A stretch of 58,675 nucleotides of DNA, the filler included, from Asterionella formosa (Eukaryota), in the NCBI GenBank assembly GCA_002256025.1. It is 5 parts of 5 records of this genome, joined end to end, with 100 filler letters (N's around TTAATTAATTAA, not from the genome) between each part and the next. Parts side by side here need not be neighbours in the genome. Positions count along the whole stretch, not along the records: positions 11,787 to 23,452 come from NKIB01008254.1; positions 23,553 to 35,196 come from NKIB01008260.1; 3 more parts are not named here. One strand, given 5' to 3'. Below the pieces are notes generated by a model. The model saw only the letters and a program-made list of their open reading frames with translations, was not told where the DNA came from and searched no databases. Every line of letters begins with the position of its first letter. The first letter of the stretch is position 1. A program made the position numbers and the translations under genes. Shown piece after piece: positions 11,687-24,857 of the stretch.

Positions 11687-11786
11687 NNNNNNNNNNNNNN
11701 NNNNNNNNNNNNNNNNNNNNNNNNNNNNNNTTAATTAATTAANNNNNNNNNNNNNNNNNNNNNNNNNNNNNNNNNNNNNNNNNNNN
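11687..11786. other. Artificial contig spacer
   Basis: N44-TTAATTAATTAA-N44, carrying stops in all six frames. Confidence 0.99.
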
Positions 11787-12840
11787 TGTTAGACCAGCTG
11801 GTGTGTCATGAATTATGTTAGCATTTTAAAATTGAAACATATTTGATAAGAATATAATCGCCGACTCAAAACATCATGCTTTCGGAGCATCTCCCGCCCT
11901 GCAAGACCTTACTCAAGATTCCTTTAAATTGATTCTTCAATACATTCTGACATTCTCTCAACATTTTAATGCACATGCCACCAAATGTTGATTTGATGTA
12001 ACCTAAACGTTTTCTTGTTGGTATGTTCAATGGTTTGATTCATCGGAAGTAGTGCATCAGCAGAACCATTCCAAATGAAATCGGCAAGCTCTGGGTCACT
12101 CTCCACTTCTTTGCCTAACTCCGGTTTCACTGTGTATAGCCGAGTTAGGCAACATTGGGCAAACCAATCCTGTTTGTGATTGTAAATGCCTTTCATACTA
12201 CTTGGACCAGATAGAGCGGGATGTTTGATTCTCTTTTGGGACCAGAAAAGAGCACATTAGATTGATATTCTGTTTTACAGTACCTGCAATTCACAAACTA
12301 TAACCTCAAACTTACATGTTCACAGCAAAACTTCTTGGTCTTGAAATCAAATAAAACTCACAACCTTTGTGACAATTGATAGTTTGATTTAATTTTTGCT
12401 AAGCGGGAACGACGTTCTGATAAGGCTGCTGAAATTCAAGATTCTTGATAACCTTGTATGGACAAGCGAGTTTTGAACCGAATTACGACCTTTGTAGTGA
12501 TTGAGTTCATTGACCAATTGATAATATCCTTTGGCAAGTGAAAAATGTTTTTCCCTCAGTTTGTCATGTACTTGTTGGTCCGTGCAATTAGAAAGCAAAT
12601 CTATGATATGGTACCATGTCGTCCATCTGCATCCAAGAGTTATTAATGGTATTATTGACACGAGCCATTTTTTCTTGTATCAACAACTGACAAAGAAACG
12701 TCATCATCGCTTTCGGTATCAATTACGGGATCCTTTGTACTAGTAGCTGATGGTGTCCCCATCGACGATGGGGTAGTACCCCCACTAACTCCTTGTCGCC
12801 GACTGGGTTCCTTTGGATAATTGCCTATTCGCTTTTTCGG

Positions 12841-13570
12841 TACTTGCTTCTTGGTTCCATACCGGCAGTAGCTATTTGCCACATGTTGCTTGATTCCATG
12901 AACCTCTTTTTATGGTTTTTTGAAGACATTGCTTGTACTATTAGATAACTGTTGTCGTTCTCGTCCTTAAAGTTCGATGATCTTAAAATCAGGTGTTGCT
13001 AGCTACAATGAAATGAATCATCAGCCACTACATATAATATTTTATGCTGTCTATATATGATACCATAAAGCCAACAGTGCTATTTACATTATCATATACA
13101 AAATAAGAACCGAGTTTGAGTAATAGCATATCTTGTTTTCAATTATACGATTATACAATCCTAAAAACATGATGATTTACTGTCCCGCTGCACCGGCAGT
13201 AGCTAAAAAATTTAGGTACTTGCTTCTTTGTTCCATACCGGCAGTATTTGCCACATGTCGCTTGTTTCCATGAACCTCTTTATGGTTTTTTGATGACATT
13301 GCTTGTACAACTAGAAAACTGTTGTTGTTCTCTTCCTTAAAGTTCAATGATCTTAAAATCAGGTGTTGCTAGCTACAATGAAATGAATCATCAGCCACTA
13401 CATATAATATTTTATGCTGTCTAGATATGATACCATAAAACCAACAGTGCTATTTACATTATCATATACAAAATCAGAACCGAGTTTGAGTAATAGCATA
13501 TCTTGTTTTCAATTATACGATTATACAGTCCTGAAACTATGATGCTTTACGGTCCCACTGTAGTAGCAGC
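12841..13570. repeat. Tandem duplication, two ~360-375 bp units (from ~12841 and ~13217)
   Basis: Both units begin tacttgcttctt.gttccataccggcagta and share long near-identical runs such as atcttaaaatcaggtgttgctagctacaatgaaatgaatcatcagccactacatataata. Confidence 0.92.
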
Positions 13571-13838
13571 AGTCTTGAACATATGGTGTTCTGTTGCTCG
13601 CTTACTACTCCAACTACCCACTTTCAATTTTACGATCATACGATCCTGAAACTATGATGATTTACTGTCCCGCTGCAGTAGCAACAGTCATGAACATATG
13701 GTGCTCTGTTGCTTGCTTACTACTCCGACTATCTTTTTTCAATTTTATGATCATACGATCCTAAAACTATGGTGATTTACTGTCCCACAGCAGTAGCAAC
13801 AGTCATGAACATATGGTGTTCTGTTGCTCGCTTACTAC
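13507..13838. repeat. Minisatellite, ~3 x 115 bp
   Basis: Recurring ttcaatt.ta.gat.atac..tcct.aaactat...tgaacatatggtg.tctgttgct.gcttactac. Confidence 0.88.
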
Positions 13839-15476
13839 CTGGTACCCCCAGTATGATATCACTTCCTACCTGCTACTGGTACTCTGTATATATACGATAA
13901 AATGTTATTGTCATATGATGTACCGGTACACATGAAGAACTCGCGCCCAAAAAAGGGGCTTAAATAATTTGCTACCAAAATCCTTGCATATTAAATAATG
14001 ATACAAATGGGTTATGACTTAGTACACCAATTGAATGGTCTAAATAATTAGTTCCAACGGACGTAGAAAATATTGATGCAAACAAATTTCAGAAACAGTA
14101 CCAGTACACGAAGTCATGGAAAACAATGGACATATCGTGCATTGAATATTTTCGAATTATCAATATGTGAATATGATCATCTCAACAATACTAGCTACCA
14201 GACGTGCCATATTGAGAGTGCCTTTGATTTTTATAAATGTAAAACACTTGATATATTTATATATTTACAAATTTTATAACTATATACATGGCAAATATTT
14301 TTGAAATCGTTCTGTCATGTTAACAAAAAATGCCTTCTTCATGAAAAGAAATATTGTAGTAAAGCACATGACAAGAAAGGAAAGTTTACGCAATAACGAA
14401 AACCATTGTGGCTTCGACACCTTGCGCCTTCGAAGGATGTAGTATGTTTAAGGTAATGAAGCCATCAATGTGGTACTTGGATGACAATCATTGGGAGGCA
14501 GGACAACAACAAATTGTAGACTAAACGCACATTTCCTTTTTTCTCAGTTGATTCAACAGCTTGTTTCACTTGTTGGGGAGCACCAATGTAAAACAAAACA
14601 AAATTGGTTAGTGCTCTTAATGTCGGACCTATTCACTTCTGATGGAACATAACTGACGGACACGCCACTTTAACTTCTCTCAAAGTTAAGCTAACGAAAA
14701 TGAATCGGTAAGTTTTATTCGACAACATTGGGAACCTGAAACTTACTAAACTTACTTATTAAAGAATTTACTGACAATTTACTATTACAGACTTATGCAT
14801 CACTTGTTTTGATTTAGCTGTGATAAGTGAAACAAGCAAGAGGATACGATGGAATGGCGCTATTTTGTGTCAGTGTAAGATGACATGCTAACAAGTCTTT
14901 CCTTCTCATTGTTACTGTAACTGCATAGGACAATAAAACCGAACAAACAACGGAATAGTGGGCGAGTTCAGAATGACACTAACAGCAGGGAGAGAGACGC
15001 AACATTAGTAAGGCATTGCTTGGCACAATATTTAAGAAAAGGGCAAGACAGGCTCAATATAGAGCCGAGTAGAGAGAGAAACATTGGGTCGATGGCATGT
15101 AGAATAATAGATAGTATTGCTAAATTTGATAGTAAAATTACAATCCATTTCAAACTATTTTGAACAAAGCTTGTGATTAGAATCAGAATGATGTTTAAGA
15201 TAGATTTACGATGAAACAATTCACATGATAGCATAGAGTTGAGCTGATTTTAGGATGTGTTGTAGTAATAATTTACATCGGGCGATCACAAGAATTGAAA
15301 ATAATATGAGAAGGTTTATGATATTGATGAGAAATGTTGTTGATCAGTTGATATACATTGTGTGATAATAATGTTCTTATTATCATTATACTTCAAGGTC
15401 GGTAAAATATTAATAAATTATCATAGTTATAGGATACCTTGATCATAGTTTTGATCCAAAAATTATCATATATACG

Positions 15477-15660
15477 AAAATCCTGTGCCACTTAGCATAC
15501 AATACCTTGATCCTATATGCATGATATTTTGTTTTGCAGATGATGATACATTGATCATTTTTTTGATTCAAAATCTATCATAGTATATGGAAAGATCCTG
15601 TGCCACTTCGCATATGATACCCTTGATCCTATATGCATGATAGTTTTTATTTGCAGACAT
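15477..15660. repeat. Short diverged duplication (~65 bp, ~115 bp apart)
   Basis: atcctgtgccactt.gcata..atacc.ttgatcctatatgcatgata...ttgcaga occurs twice. Confidence 0.75.
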
Positions 15661-17692
15661 AGTGTGTATAGCACGATATATACCAGGACACATTTGTTTT
15701 TGAAGTATAAAGGCGACAAATTTACAACAGACCACTACAGTACCACAGAGCTGATCACAGAATTTTGTGGTATTCAAGCGAAAGGGACTTAACTTCCTAA
15801 AGACCTATTCACCATAGCGAAAAGCGCTATACAAACGATCAACCAAGCAGAGAAAGAACAATTCATTCACATGGGACAGAACCATAAGTTAGTAATGAAA
15901 TACGATAGAAAGAGGATGCAGGAGGAGGAGGAGGAGGAGCGAGGAGGAGGAGAAAGAAAAGCAGACGAATCTTAATAATGCAGGAGGAGTGAAAAGTGGC
16001 GATTGGATGGATGTCGATTTGGTGTTTGACACAAACACTACAATTGAGGAAATTATGGCAATGGTGCATATCAACACAATGCGAACAGAAGAAGAACCAT
16101 GCAATGACAACAACAAGAGAAAGAAAGAGTAAAATTTAACCCCTTTTTCATTACAGTAAGCGCTATTCCAGAGCTGGATGCGCTGCTAGGGTTAGGGTTA
16201 GGGTTATGTTCACAAAGACAAATACAATGAGTTGGAAGCCCTGGAATCACCATTTGTTATGGATATTTCATATAGAACCACCAGAAGTGAGTCCAAAATG
16301 AAAATCATTAATTCAATCTTCAATAACCATCCAATTCTCCAGCTGAAATGAGAGGTGCAGTCATAGAGAACTGAACCAAGAATGAAGCTAACACAAGTTT
16401 TAAACTACTTCCACATGAGGAAGTGACTACCACCGAAACATTTCCACGGCTCCACCTTCTATGGGCCATGGAGTCCAAAGACGGCAACTCTAGAAATAGA
16501 ATAGTAAGAATGCGCCTTTAACATAAATACTGGGACATCACTATGTCTCAATGCTATTTATTGACATCACACAAGATTAATACCTCCAAGTTATTTTCAT
16601 ATTTTTTACATTAATGTGCAGAAACCATTTTGTTTGATTCTGTTCATTTCAGGAGTGCTTCAGAAACACCATCTCATATCTTTGTAATATGCAGAATAAT
16701 CCTTGAAATATGAAGATGGCATCAATATTGGGGGTCACCCGCAAAATCTTTGGGAGAACAACAATACATCTTCATATTCGGGGGATTTTGCAGTAATAAT
16801 TCCCATACGGAAGCAAAATGCGAAAATATAATGCCACAAAGGTATCCATTTGAGGCAATTTTTGTATCTTGGACATCACATGACTGGGGTGGGCAAAGGG
16901 CCCCCAGGAGCATGTATAACATCCCCATGAATGTGAATTTCTCCGATTGCTGGATGCTAGCTACGATATGGCAGTGTTTAGCATCACACTGTTGGCATCA
17001 TGAAATGCTGGCAGATGCACCAGATGGCTGTTTTTCGCTATGTGCTTTCCACCCTGTAGAAAACACACCTGGTACTTGACTTTTGTGTGCCTTGTTGCTT
17101 GCTCTAAGCTACTGATGCATAAACAGTATTCTAGCATTATCTAAAGCTTATTGGATCTTATCAATTAATACCAGATGATTGAGAAAATATGCAAGAGAAG
17201 GTAATATAAATACTTGATATAATTCAAACAGAGCAGAAATATCATATAATTCCTGAATTTCTTTTATTATGATGCAAATGCAATATATTGCATAAGAAGA
17301 ATGTCTAACTTTGTGAAAAAACATATCAAGCAAAGTTAGTGCTTGTTTGCGGTTAAGGATATACATATCGATTGATCGTTTTATTCCATTCACGAAAGTT
17401 AGAGACCCATCGAACACTACTGTCCGTTTTGGGAATTATCAACGTAGGAGATGCAGATTTAGTTGCACCAAAAAGTTGAAGTTCCCAGATTTCACATAAA
17501 ATTGTGCTTCATCGTTAAAATATGCTTACTTGATGAATATGAGATCAAGGATTTTCCCGAAATCGATATTGATTCTAAATGGATTTCCTTATGAGGATAA
17601 ACATTAATGGATCATCAAAAACCATTGATATTTTTACAACAACGCTTGTAATTGCGATTGCTGCCTTGAAGTTTGATGAGTTTGTTTAGCCA

Positions 17693-19150
17693 CTATGACT
17701 TCTGTTTCAACAATACAAGATCATCAGGAAACATGATGCTGGAAGTAATTCGAAGCATCAGCTGCAAAATGATTCCAGCGAGCCCAAACAATGCTAACCG
17801 CTCGGGATCTGTCTCGTATAGCGACATGGTTGCAGCCGCTGCAATCAACCCAGCTCGAACTATGACCAAAAACACCCCCTTGAATTGCACCTTTTTCGTG
17901 TGAATGCAAGTACATCGGCCCACATTGGCCTTGATGCCACGGTGAACAAGAATTAAAGCATCTGAACAAAACCATACAATTGCCATACTACCACCAAAGA
18001 AATTGGCGATTCGCTGGCGACGGTCCTCTGTGTCATATTGCAAGGCTCCTCCTCCTCCTGCAAGCCATCGTGGGATTTTGAATAAAAAGCGTCCACCTCC
18101 TTTCGGTTCATATACGAATTCGTATAGCAACATTTTATACGAGACTCCGAGCAAAACCAAGGCAGCAGAGTAAACTGTCATCAAAAGGGAAAATGAAACA
18201 CCAGCTTCTTTTGAGCGGCGCAAGGCGTGATCGTCAGCATGGGCTGGCTGGGATCGAAAATGTATTACTTGCAACAAAACGACAGATAAAATGCCGGAAT
18301 AAAAAGTAACGTAATAATGTGATCCTTCAATGACTTCAACAATCAGTAACGACAAAATAGATTCCCCCAGCACTAACATGGTCCACTCTCCATATCGGTG
18401 AATGACGAAATCAACATTTAACGGAACTGTCACCTCCTTGTGGCGACCTCCGCTGGGAAGTGTAAAAATGAAGAAGGTAATCGCCGCAGTATAGGTGAGA
18501 CCTCCGGAAAGGAGAAGGATGATTGGAATATTTGTCGTTGGCGATTTTGATTCATAGGAGTAAGGGGACGATTCTCCTCCAGCTAGAAATCTATGGCCAC
18601 CTACTGGATCGTACTGCAAGCCAGCATAAATTGTTGCTGTCATCGAGAAAACGAGAATCGGCGTCATCATGATGATCTCTCGTCGAGCGCACACTTTCGC
18701 GACAGGCTGCCCTTCTACCCAGACCAACATTTCCAGATAACGCCCCGCTGACAGGAACTTCCCCATGGTCAAGGACAAGCACAATACAAACATGTCTCTT
18801 TTTTCCGTTGGATTTGAAAGAACCGCTACACTTCGAATGTGAAGGACAGCTGTCGCCAGGACGCACAAGGAAATTACTTCAATGCAGTGGTGCCAAAGGT
18901 CGTCACCGGTATAGAACCTAGCGTCATAGTACGTTCTATCCCACCACAGGTTGTAGACAGACCAGAAGCAAACAGCAAAATACATCAAGCCTAACCCACT
19001 GGGTGATTCGCGAATAATGGTAGAGAGATTGTAGGCGGCAGCTACGTAAAACAGGTCGAAGAACAAATCTCCCCAATTGATTACGGGATGAAACTGCTGG
19101 TCGCCCCATCGTTGTCGTTGAACTGGTTTGGAAAATAGAGGAAACGCCAT
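17693..19150 (-). CDS. LtrA (low temperature requirement A) family multi-pass membrane protein
   Basis: WGDLFFDLFYVAA and HRYGEWTMLVLGESILSL signatures with many TM helices. The true 5' end may involve an upstream exon. Confidence 0.8.
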   Translation of the reverse strand: MAFPLFSKPVQRQRWGDQQFHPVINWGDLFFDLFYVAAAYNLSTIIRESPSGLGLMYFAVCFWSVYNLWWDRTYYDARFYTGDDLWHHCIEVISLCVLATAVLHIRSVAVLSNPTEKRDMFVLCLSLTMGKFLSAGRYLEMLVWVEGQPVAKVCARREIIMMTPILVFSMTATIYAGLQYDPVGGHRFLAGGESSPYSYESKSPTTNIPIILLLSGGLTYTAAITFFIFTLPSGGRHKEVTVPLNVDFVIHRYGEWTMLVLGESILSLLIVEVIEGSHYYVTFYSGILSVVLLQVIHFRSQPAHADDHALRRSKEAGVSFSLLMTVYSAALVLLGVSYKMLLYEFVYEPKGGGRFLFKIPRWLAGGGGALQYDTEDRRQRIANFFGGSMAIVWFCSDALILVHRGIKANVGRCTCIHTKKVQFKGVFLVIVRAGLIAAAATMSLYETDPERLALFGLAGIILQLMLRITSSIMFPDDLVLLKQKS

Positions 19151-19609
19151 GTGGCTCTTTTTCTGGTGGGTTCCATGAAGACCCGTTGTTTCAAGTCTGC
19201 ATCTGGATCAAGTCGCCGCAAGCAGAGGAAGTTATTTTCCGAAGGATATATAATTCACGGATTAATTTTGCTTTACAATTTTAAGGCAATCCCCACCCTA
19301 GGTATCGTCTTGCTTTTCGATGAGAACTGTGGGTGTGTAAGTAATTTTTGGTTTCTTTAAGTAATTTCTTTATTTAGGGGCAATACGGGGCAAAGTGGAT
19401 TTTTCGGCAGTCAATTTTAGCTTTGAGCAGCAGGGACCATCGAGCAACGTCAGGAGTAGAATTTCCATGGGAAAAAGTTTGGACACATCAAAAATGCATG
19501 GCCCGACGAATATACCGGTACCGGTACATGCATCAAAAATAGTCACACAAGAATGATTGGAACAAGCATCGAAAATTCGACACGATGTTTTCTCGTACTA
19601 GGGTTCGGT

Positions 19610-22600
19610 AATCCAGTCGAGGATTTGAGTGTTTCCTTCCAATATATAGACCTTCTGGGTTACGTTTCCGCCCCAAGACTTTAGCAATTTCATTTCTGTC
19701 CCCTCTTGGGAGGTATATTTCGGCGTCTTTTAATTCATGTGGACCTGAAACAACTTCTCCTGTGTTATCAGTGGGATTAAGAGGAACAGCATGATTCTCC
19801 ATGTCTTGTGGGTGAAATGGTTCTTTCATTGCTTCATTAGGGGCATGATGGATGAGTGTTTCATCAAATGCGGAATAGATTTCCGCAATCTCCTTGTCAA
19901 AATTCAGTCTCATATTTTGCTCAGTGACATCGGACCACTCCTCTTTTGTTATGGGTCGAACTGTGGATCTGGCAATAATCCTGCCATTCTGCTTTAACAC
20001 ATAATAGCACATTGACTGTCCTACGTTTTCTGCAACACCAAGCCATCTCCCTAGATAATTTTCTGTCCCTCCTCCTCTGACGTCATGGTATTTTACCCAG
20101 CCATAGTAATCGAAATGTAAGTATTCAGATATATCTGGCGTGATGCCAGTCAGCTTTTCAATTGGGGTGCGTTCATTTGTCAGATGACGTGACATTCGTT
20201 CTCTGATTTGCGAAGTATATTCAATGCCGTAGTCCCAAAACCGTTCTGGACATTTGGCTCTATGCATAATACGCCTGAAATGTCGTTTTAGTTCTTGTAT
20301 CTCTCGTTCGGCGCGATTCAGCCAAGGAGAATGTGGTTCTGTAGTCCTCTGTTGAAATAGGTATTTCTCTCGCACTCGTTCCCAGTCTGAACCTGTTTCT
20401 TTTCCTGCGTTATCTGACACCAGCAGCAGGAACAGTGGTATCCCAACTGTGGAACAGTACTAGAGGTCAAGCTTATCAAAGGCCTGCCCCTTGCTTGGCA
20501 GTGGGTAAATACGGGAATGTCCATCATCTGTCACAAATAATTGTGCACATTTATTCCCACGTACACTAGTTGTGTCATTGAAAAGTGTATCTGTAAAGAC
20601 TCCAGAGCGAAGGTGGGGGTATCGCATATGAGCCTGTCGGTTTCTGAAACGGCGTGTAAATTGGTCTTTAATGTATCTCCAACCCCGCTGTGTAGTGGAA
20701 TCAAGGGTTTTCATGGCTATAGGTTCACTGATTCCCCATCAGCAGGACAAGGTGTATGAGTCAACTTGAGAGCGCTGATTCATGCTGGATGTATTGGCAA
20801 CATATCTGTTGCGCATAAAGTCATAACATCCAAGAGGGTGTAATGGTGGAAGATGACAGGTACCTAGATTTGCTGAGGCTGAGACAAGACCTATGGTAGC
20901 ATGGGACAGGTATGAACGTTTTTGTTCATTGAAACGTGAATCATAAGGATTCCATTTGTGCTCACTGGTAATCTCAATCCATCGACAGTTTTGCAATTTG
21001 GACGCAGTTGGGAGCTGAACCGGGAAATATGAGATACAGCCATGAAGCTGGAATGGGATAGAGATACCAGACGAGGGGTCATGTATTCCATGCTGGAAGG
21101 AGTTCTTGGAGTATTGACGGGGAAGTGGGTTACAGAGTAACTCATTATCACAAACCTGTTGCGGAGGGATCAGCGAGGTCTCCATTGTCTTGCCAAAATA
21201 GAGGGCTTCGTTGAAAACAAGCAAGAATTAAAGTTTCTTGATCTGCGGTGTCATAGTATGCAGTAGCCACCTGTGCTATGGGGACACCTGTGATGGCGCC
21301 CAGGTTGCTCACTATGAAAACCGCTTACATCTGCGATGCGGCCGGTTTGATGGATTAATTCAAAACCTTGGCCCGCACACACAGTATCTGCCCTAGTATC
21401 AATTTCAGCCTTGAAACGGTCCTGATAGTCATCAGATTCCTGGAGTTTATTTAGTCGACCAATGTGGCGGTTATTCGTTACAATAGCACCCATGTTTCGC
21501 CGATGACCAAAATTTTGTGAGGCATTTGATGGGGTGCCAGTCACGGTTGGGCTAGGGACCCCAGAAGGTAGCGTGTTCTGAGAAATACCACTGACCATGG
21601 ATGCCGTTTCTGTATTTGTGGTGCCTGCCCCCACTGTACGTTCATTTTGGTGTGCTGTTGAAGTTGCGGTATCAGCTTGACATAATGCATCTCGGCCCTG
21701 TAACATGTACCGACGTTGTTGGGGAGTCAGGTAATTCAGAACCTCTTGTGGGACATAATCGGAATTTTGTTCTTGACCGCGGCCTTGGCCTGTTGTCCCG
21801 GCATAGCGACCGTGTCCTCTGCCAGCAGTGCTGTGTTGGCATCTCCCTCCCCTGTTGTTGTGTCGGCCTCTGCTGTCCCGCCCCCGCCCTCCACCACGGT
21901 GGTTGCGTATATTTGTATTACCGATAGTTCGCTCATCTCGGCTTCTATTCATGTTGGAAGCTGCAGGTTTTGATTGATTCCACAGATCCTTCATTTTAAT
22001 AACTGCAGCTTGTAGATCTGCTTTTGTCTTATCATTATCCATGATAAGAAACTTTAGACCCTGCATACTTGGATGCTTGATGCCATCCAGGAATTTTCTA
22101 ACCTGAGTGAAGCCGTCACGTCCCACATTTAATTCATCCATCTCAATGTTGGATGTAATGTGAATAGAACAGTATTGTTCAAATGTGAATTGAGAACGGT
22201 CATCTTTATTGAAAGATTTGTCTACTATGCGGGCATCAACCTCTTTAACTCGCGCATTTCGGGAGTCTTGCCCATCCATCATGTTGATGATCATCCGCCA
22301 GGCTGATCGACCATCCGAAGACGATTGATAACGGTCTACAAGGGCTTCCATTGTCCCTCCACTTGTCCAGCTGGTCAGCACCTGAAAGAGTTCGTAATTG
22401 TCTGCTTGGTAAACAATTCCGTGGTGGGGGGTGTCCCTGATCAAGGAGGTCAATTCGTTATCCTCCAGTTCCATTATCATTTCTTGTTCATCTCGGATCA
22501 AGTATAAAAAGGGTACATTGTTTCTACTCCTTCTCTTTGCTTGCTAAGTAGGCCATTAGCTCCCGTTTCCGTTTGCGCCAGTCCTGTGGCTTTCCAAGAC

Positions 22601-23452
22601 ATGGCTCTGGTTCCTTTACATCCCTATGGATATTCCGTTCTGGGCCATCTATGGTCCGTTTTTGTCCATTTCCGACTTGTTCCAACATTTTGGTTAGTTA
22701 CCTTCATTGGCTTGTTGGTCTTTGATCCACATTTTGAAAGCCATAAGGTGCATCTTCTTTCCTGCCGTAGGACGGTTGTTCATCTGAAAACATGACATCA
22801 GCGTCTCATCGTCTACATATGAGAGCTCGGTGGACATGGAGATGTCCTGGATGATCAATCAATCGACTTGTGCTTCATTCAGTTGCACAACCTGTAGGAG
22901 GGTTTCTCGAAAATGAAACTCCTCGCCAGGATTTCTGTTAACTTTTTCTTCATCCATTTGTTCTTATTTCTGCAATACACCGACCTATTACTCCTAAATG
23001 AGTGATCTTCTGCTTAACAGAAAGATTCTGTAAATGGATGTTTCGTAGTACTAGTTCCAGCCAGCTGGAGGCTCACTTGTCCCCAATGGACGTTGTGGCA
23101 AACGTAGAAAGCATAAATCTCGCTTAGTGCCAGCGTCCAGTCAACAAACGGCGTCGCAATCGATTTCTTTCACTTCTCTTTTCTGAGTCTCGTGGGTCTG
23201 ATAAACTGTCAGGATCTCGCTAATGTGGTGAATAATGGAAACGGTTACAAACGGAGTAATGATATGAAGAGAAAGATGGAAGGTATAAAGAAAGATGTAA
23301 AAACTATAAAGTTGTTACACAAAAAGAGGGCACAAGAGAATCAGAATTTAGGTGACCCGTCAGAATTTCCGTCTGTCCGTCTCCAAATATTTATATATCT
23401 GTATATGAAGAGATTAATATAGCTGTATATGAAGAGATAAATATAGCTGTGT
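19610..23452 (-). mobile_element. Degenerate, 3'-truncated Ty1/copia LTR retrotransposon (diatom CoDi-like): partial 5' LTR, gag, protease, integrase; RT/RNaseH absent
   Basis: gag from ATG 22957 with stops. Protease AEIDTRADTVCAG; integrase FTDTLF..SVRGNKCAQLF, SDNAGKE, TEPHSPWLNRAEREIQELKR, LGRWLGVAENVG. Homology stops after GRKHSNPRLD. The putative LTR 3' end (...CTGACA) is at 23207. Confidence 0.9.
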
Positions 23453-23552
23453 NNNNNNNNNNNNNNNNNNNNNNNNNNNNNNNNNNNNNNNNNNNNTTAA
23501 TTAATTAANNNNNNNNNNNNNNNNNNNNNNNNNNNNNNNNNNNNNNNNNNNN
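23453..23552. other. Artificial contig spacer
   Basis: N44-TTAATTAATTAA-N44. Confidence 0.99.
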
Positions 23553-24086
23553 ATTCCATACGTAAATAGTGCATACGTAATCACTGAATTGACTTGGTAT
23601 GCAAACATACGTATTTCTTTTTCTCAAATTCTCAGGATCGGAACATATCCAGCTGTTCTGATCCTCCTCTATATATAAGTAACCCCTAATACTGTAGACC
23701 AAGACGACTGGAATACGACAGGTACCTGGTACTCACTCATCACTTTCTCCGAGGAATCATGTCTGATTTGTTGCTGTTACGCATACCTTATATAAAGACT
23801 TGTTTCATTCCGGCTACCTCCAGATGGCGACGGTGTGCTATTCATCTCCATCTCCATGTCCATGTTGATGGATCCTTCTGTATGCAAAATGAACGAGTTT
23901 ACAAAACAAGCATCGCTCAGAATGTATGTATCATAATCAGGAAAACATCCATAAAGAAGAGTGTAAAAGTAAATTTCAACAAACAGTTTAACAAAAACAT
24001 ACCCTACTTATTGATAATCAAAACAAAACAGTTCCATAATTACAATAATATAAACTAAATGATCCTCCTAATTATTACCATAATGA

Positions 24087-24857
24087 TCATTTCCCACAAT
24101 GGGTCAAATTGCAAAGTGCTCCATTACCATTTTCTTGAACATCAGCATTCGATGGGTGATTTCGCATAGAAGACTCAATAACGGCTTTTCCATCAGCTTC
24201 TGCAATTGTCACCTTGTTGTTGTCATTCAAAGCCAAGACCAAAAGTGCTCCACAACCTTTTTCTTGCACAGTAGCATTGGACGAATGAGTCTTCATTGCA
24301 GACAGAATCGTAGTGATACCTCCTGCATCAGCAATCGTCACCTGGTTCTTGTCATTATTAAAAGCCAAGTTCTGTAGTGCAAAACAACCATGTTCTTGCA
24401 CAGTAGCATGGGAGGAATGAGTCTTCATTGCAGACAGAATCATAGTGATACCTTCTGCTTCAGCAATTGTCACTTGGTTGCTTTCATTATTATAAGCCAA
24501 GTTCCAAAGTTCTGCACAACATTCTGTTTGAATGTTAGCATCCTGCTCATTCATTCTCATCTTTGAAAGAACTACAGCAATCGGAGACGGAATTGAAGTG
24601 GCAGGAGACCCTTGGTTATTCATACAATCTTCATCGCATCTAGGGCAGCAGTCTCGCACAGTCTCATCAACTCCAAAACAGATTCTCTTTGCGCTCCTAA
24701 CAAGCTCTGCTTGTACGCCATACTCAGACACAATTGGAGCTTCATGTTTATTGCGGTTGTATGAAGCGCTGACTTTGATGCCGCCACACTCTAACCCAAA
24801 TGCAGCTTGATGCTTAATCTTGGTAGGGACGTATGAAGCATCGAGGTTATTCGCCAT
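24087..24857 (-). CDS. Armadillo-repeat protein (3-4 repeats of 44 aa); 5' part uncertain, possibly a pseudogene
   Basis: NQVTIA.A.GIT.ILSAMKTHSS.ATVQE.GC.AL..LA repeated with a 132-bp period (ttcttgcacagtagc at 24261 and 24393). Confidence 0.75.
   Translation of the reverse strand: MANNLDASYVPTKIKHQAAFGLECGGIKVSASYNRNKHEAPIVSEYGVQAELVRSAKRICFGVDETVRDCCPRCDEDCMNNQGSPATSIPSPIAVVLSKMRMNEQDANIQTECCAELWNLAYNNESNQVTIAEAEGITMILSAMKTHSSHATVQEHGCFALQNLAFNNDKNQVTIADAGGITTILSAMKTHSSNATVQEKGCGALLVLALNDNNKVTIAEADGKAVIESSMRNHPSNADVQENGNGALCNLTHCGK

Noticed and set aside
11687..11786. Palindromic TTAATTAATTAA recurring every ~11.7 kb (also 23453, 35197, 46940)
   Set aside because: Artificial six-frame-stop linker inside N runs. 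Contig lengths decrease monotonically, so gene adjacency across spacers is meaningless.
13507..13838. 115-bp repeats as a CRISPR-like array
   Set aside because: Whole units are similar; there are no unique spacers.
14390..14480. Minus-strand ITLNILHPSKAQGVEATMVFVIA, faintly like a UvrD C-terminal motif
   Set aside because: Short, bounded by stops, and no other helicase motifs found.
16187..16206. (TTAGGG)3 telomere-like run (also two units near 25615)
   Set aside because: Too short and internal to support a telomere or telomere-targeting element.
16250..17420. Short ORFs in the AT-rich part of contig 2
   Set aside because: Probably decayed gene or TE sequence, but I could not assign any family.
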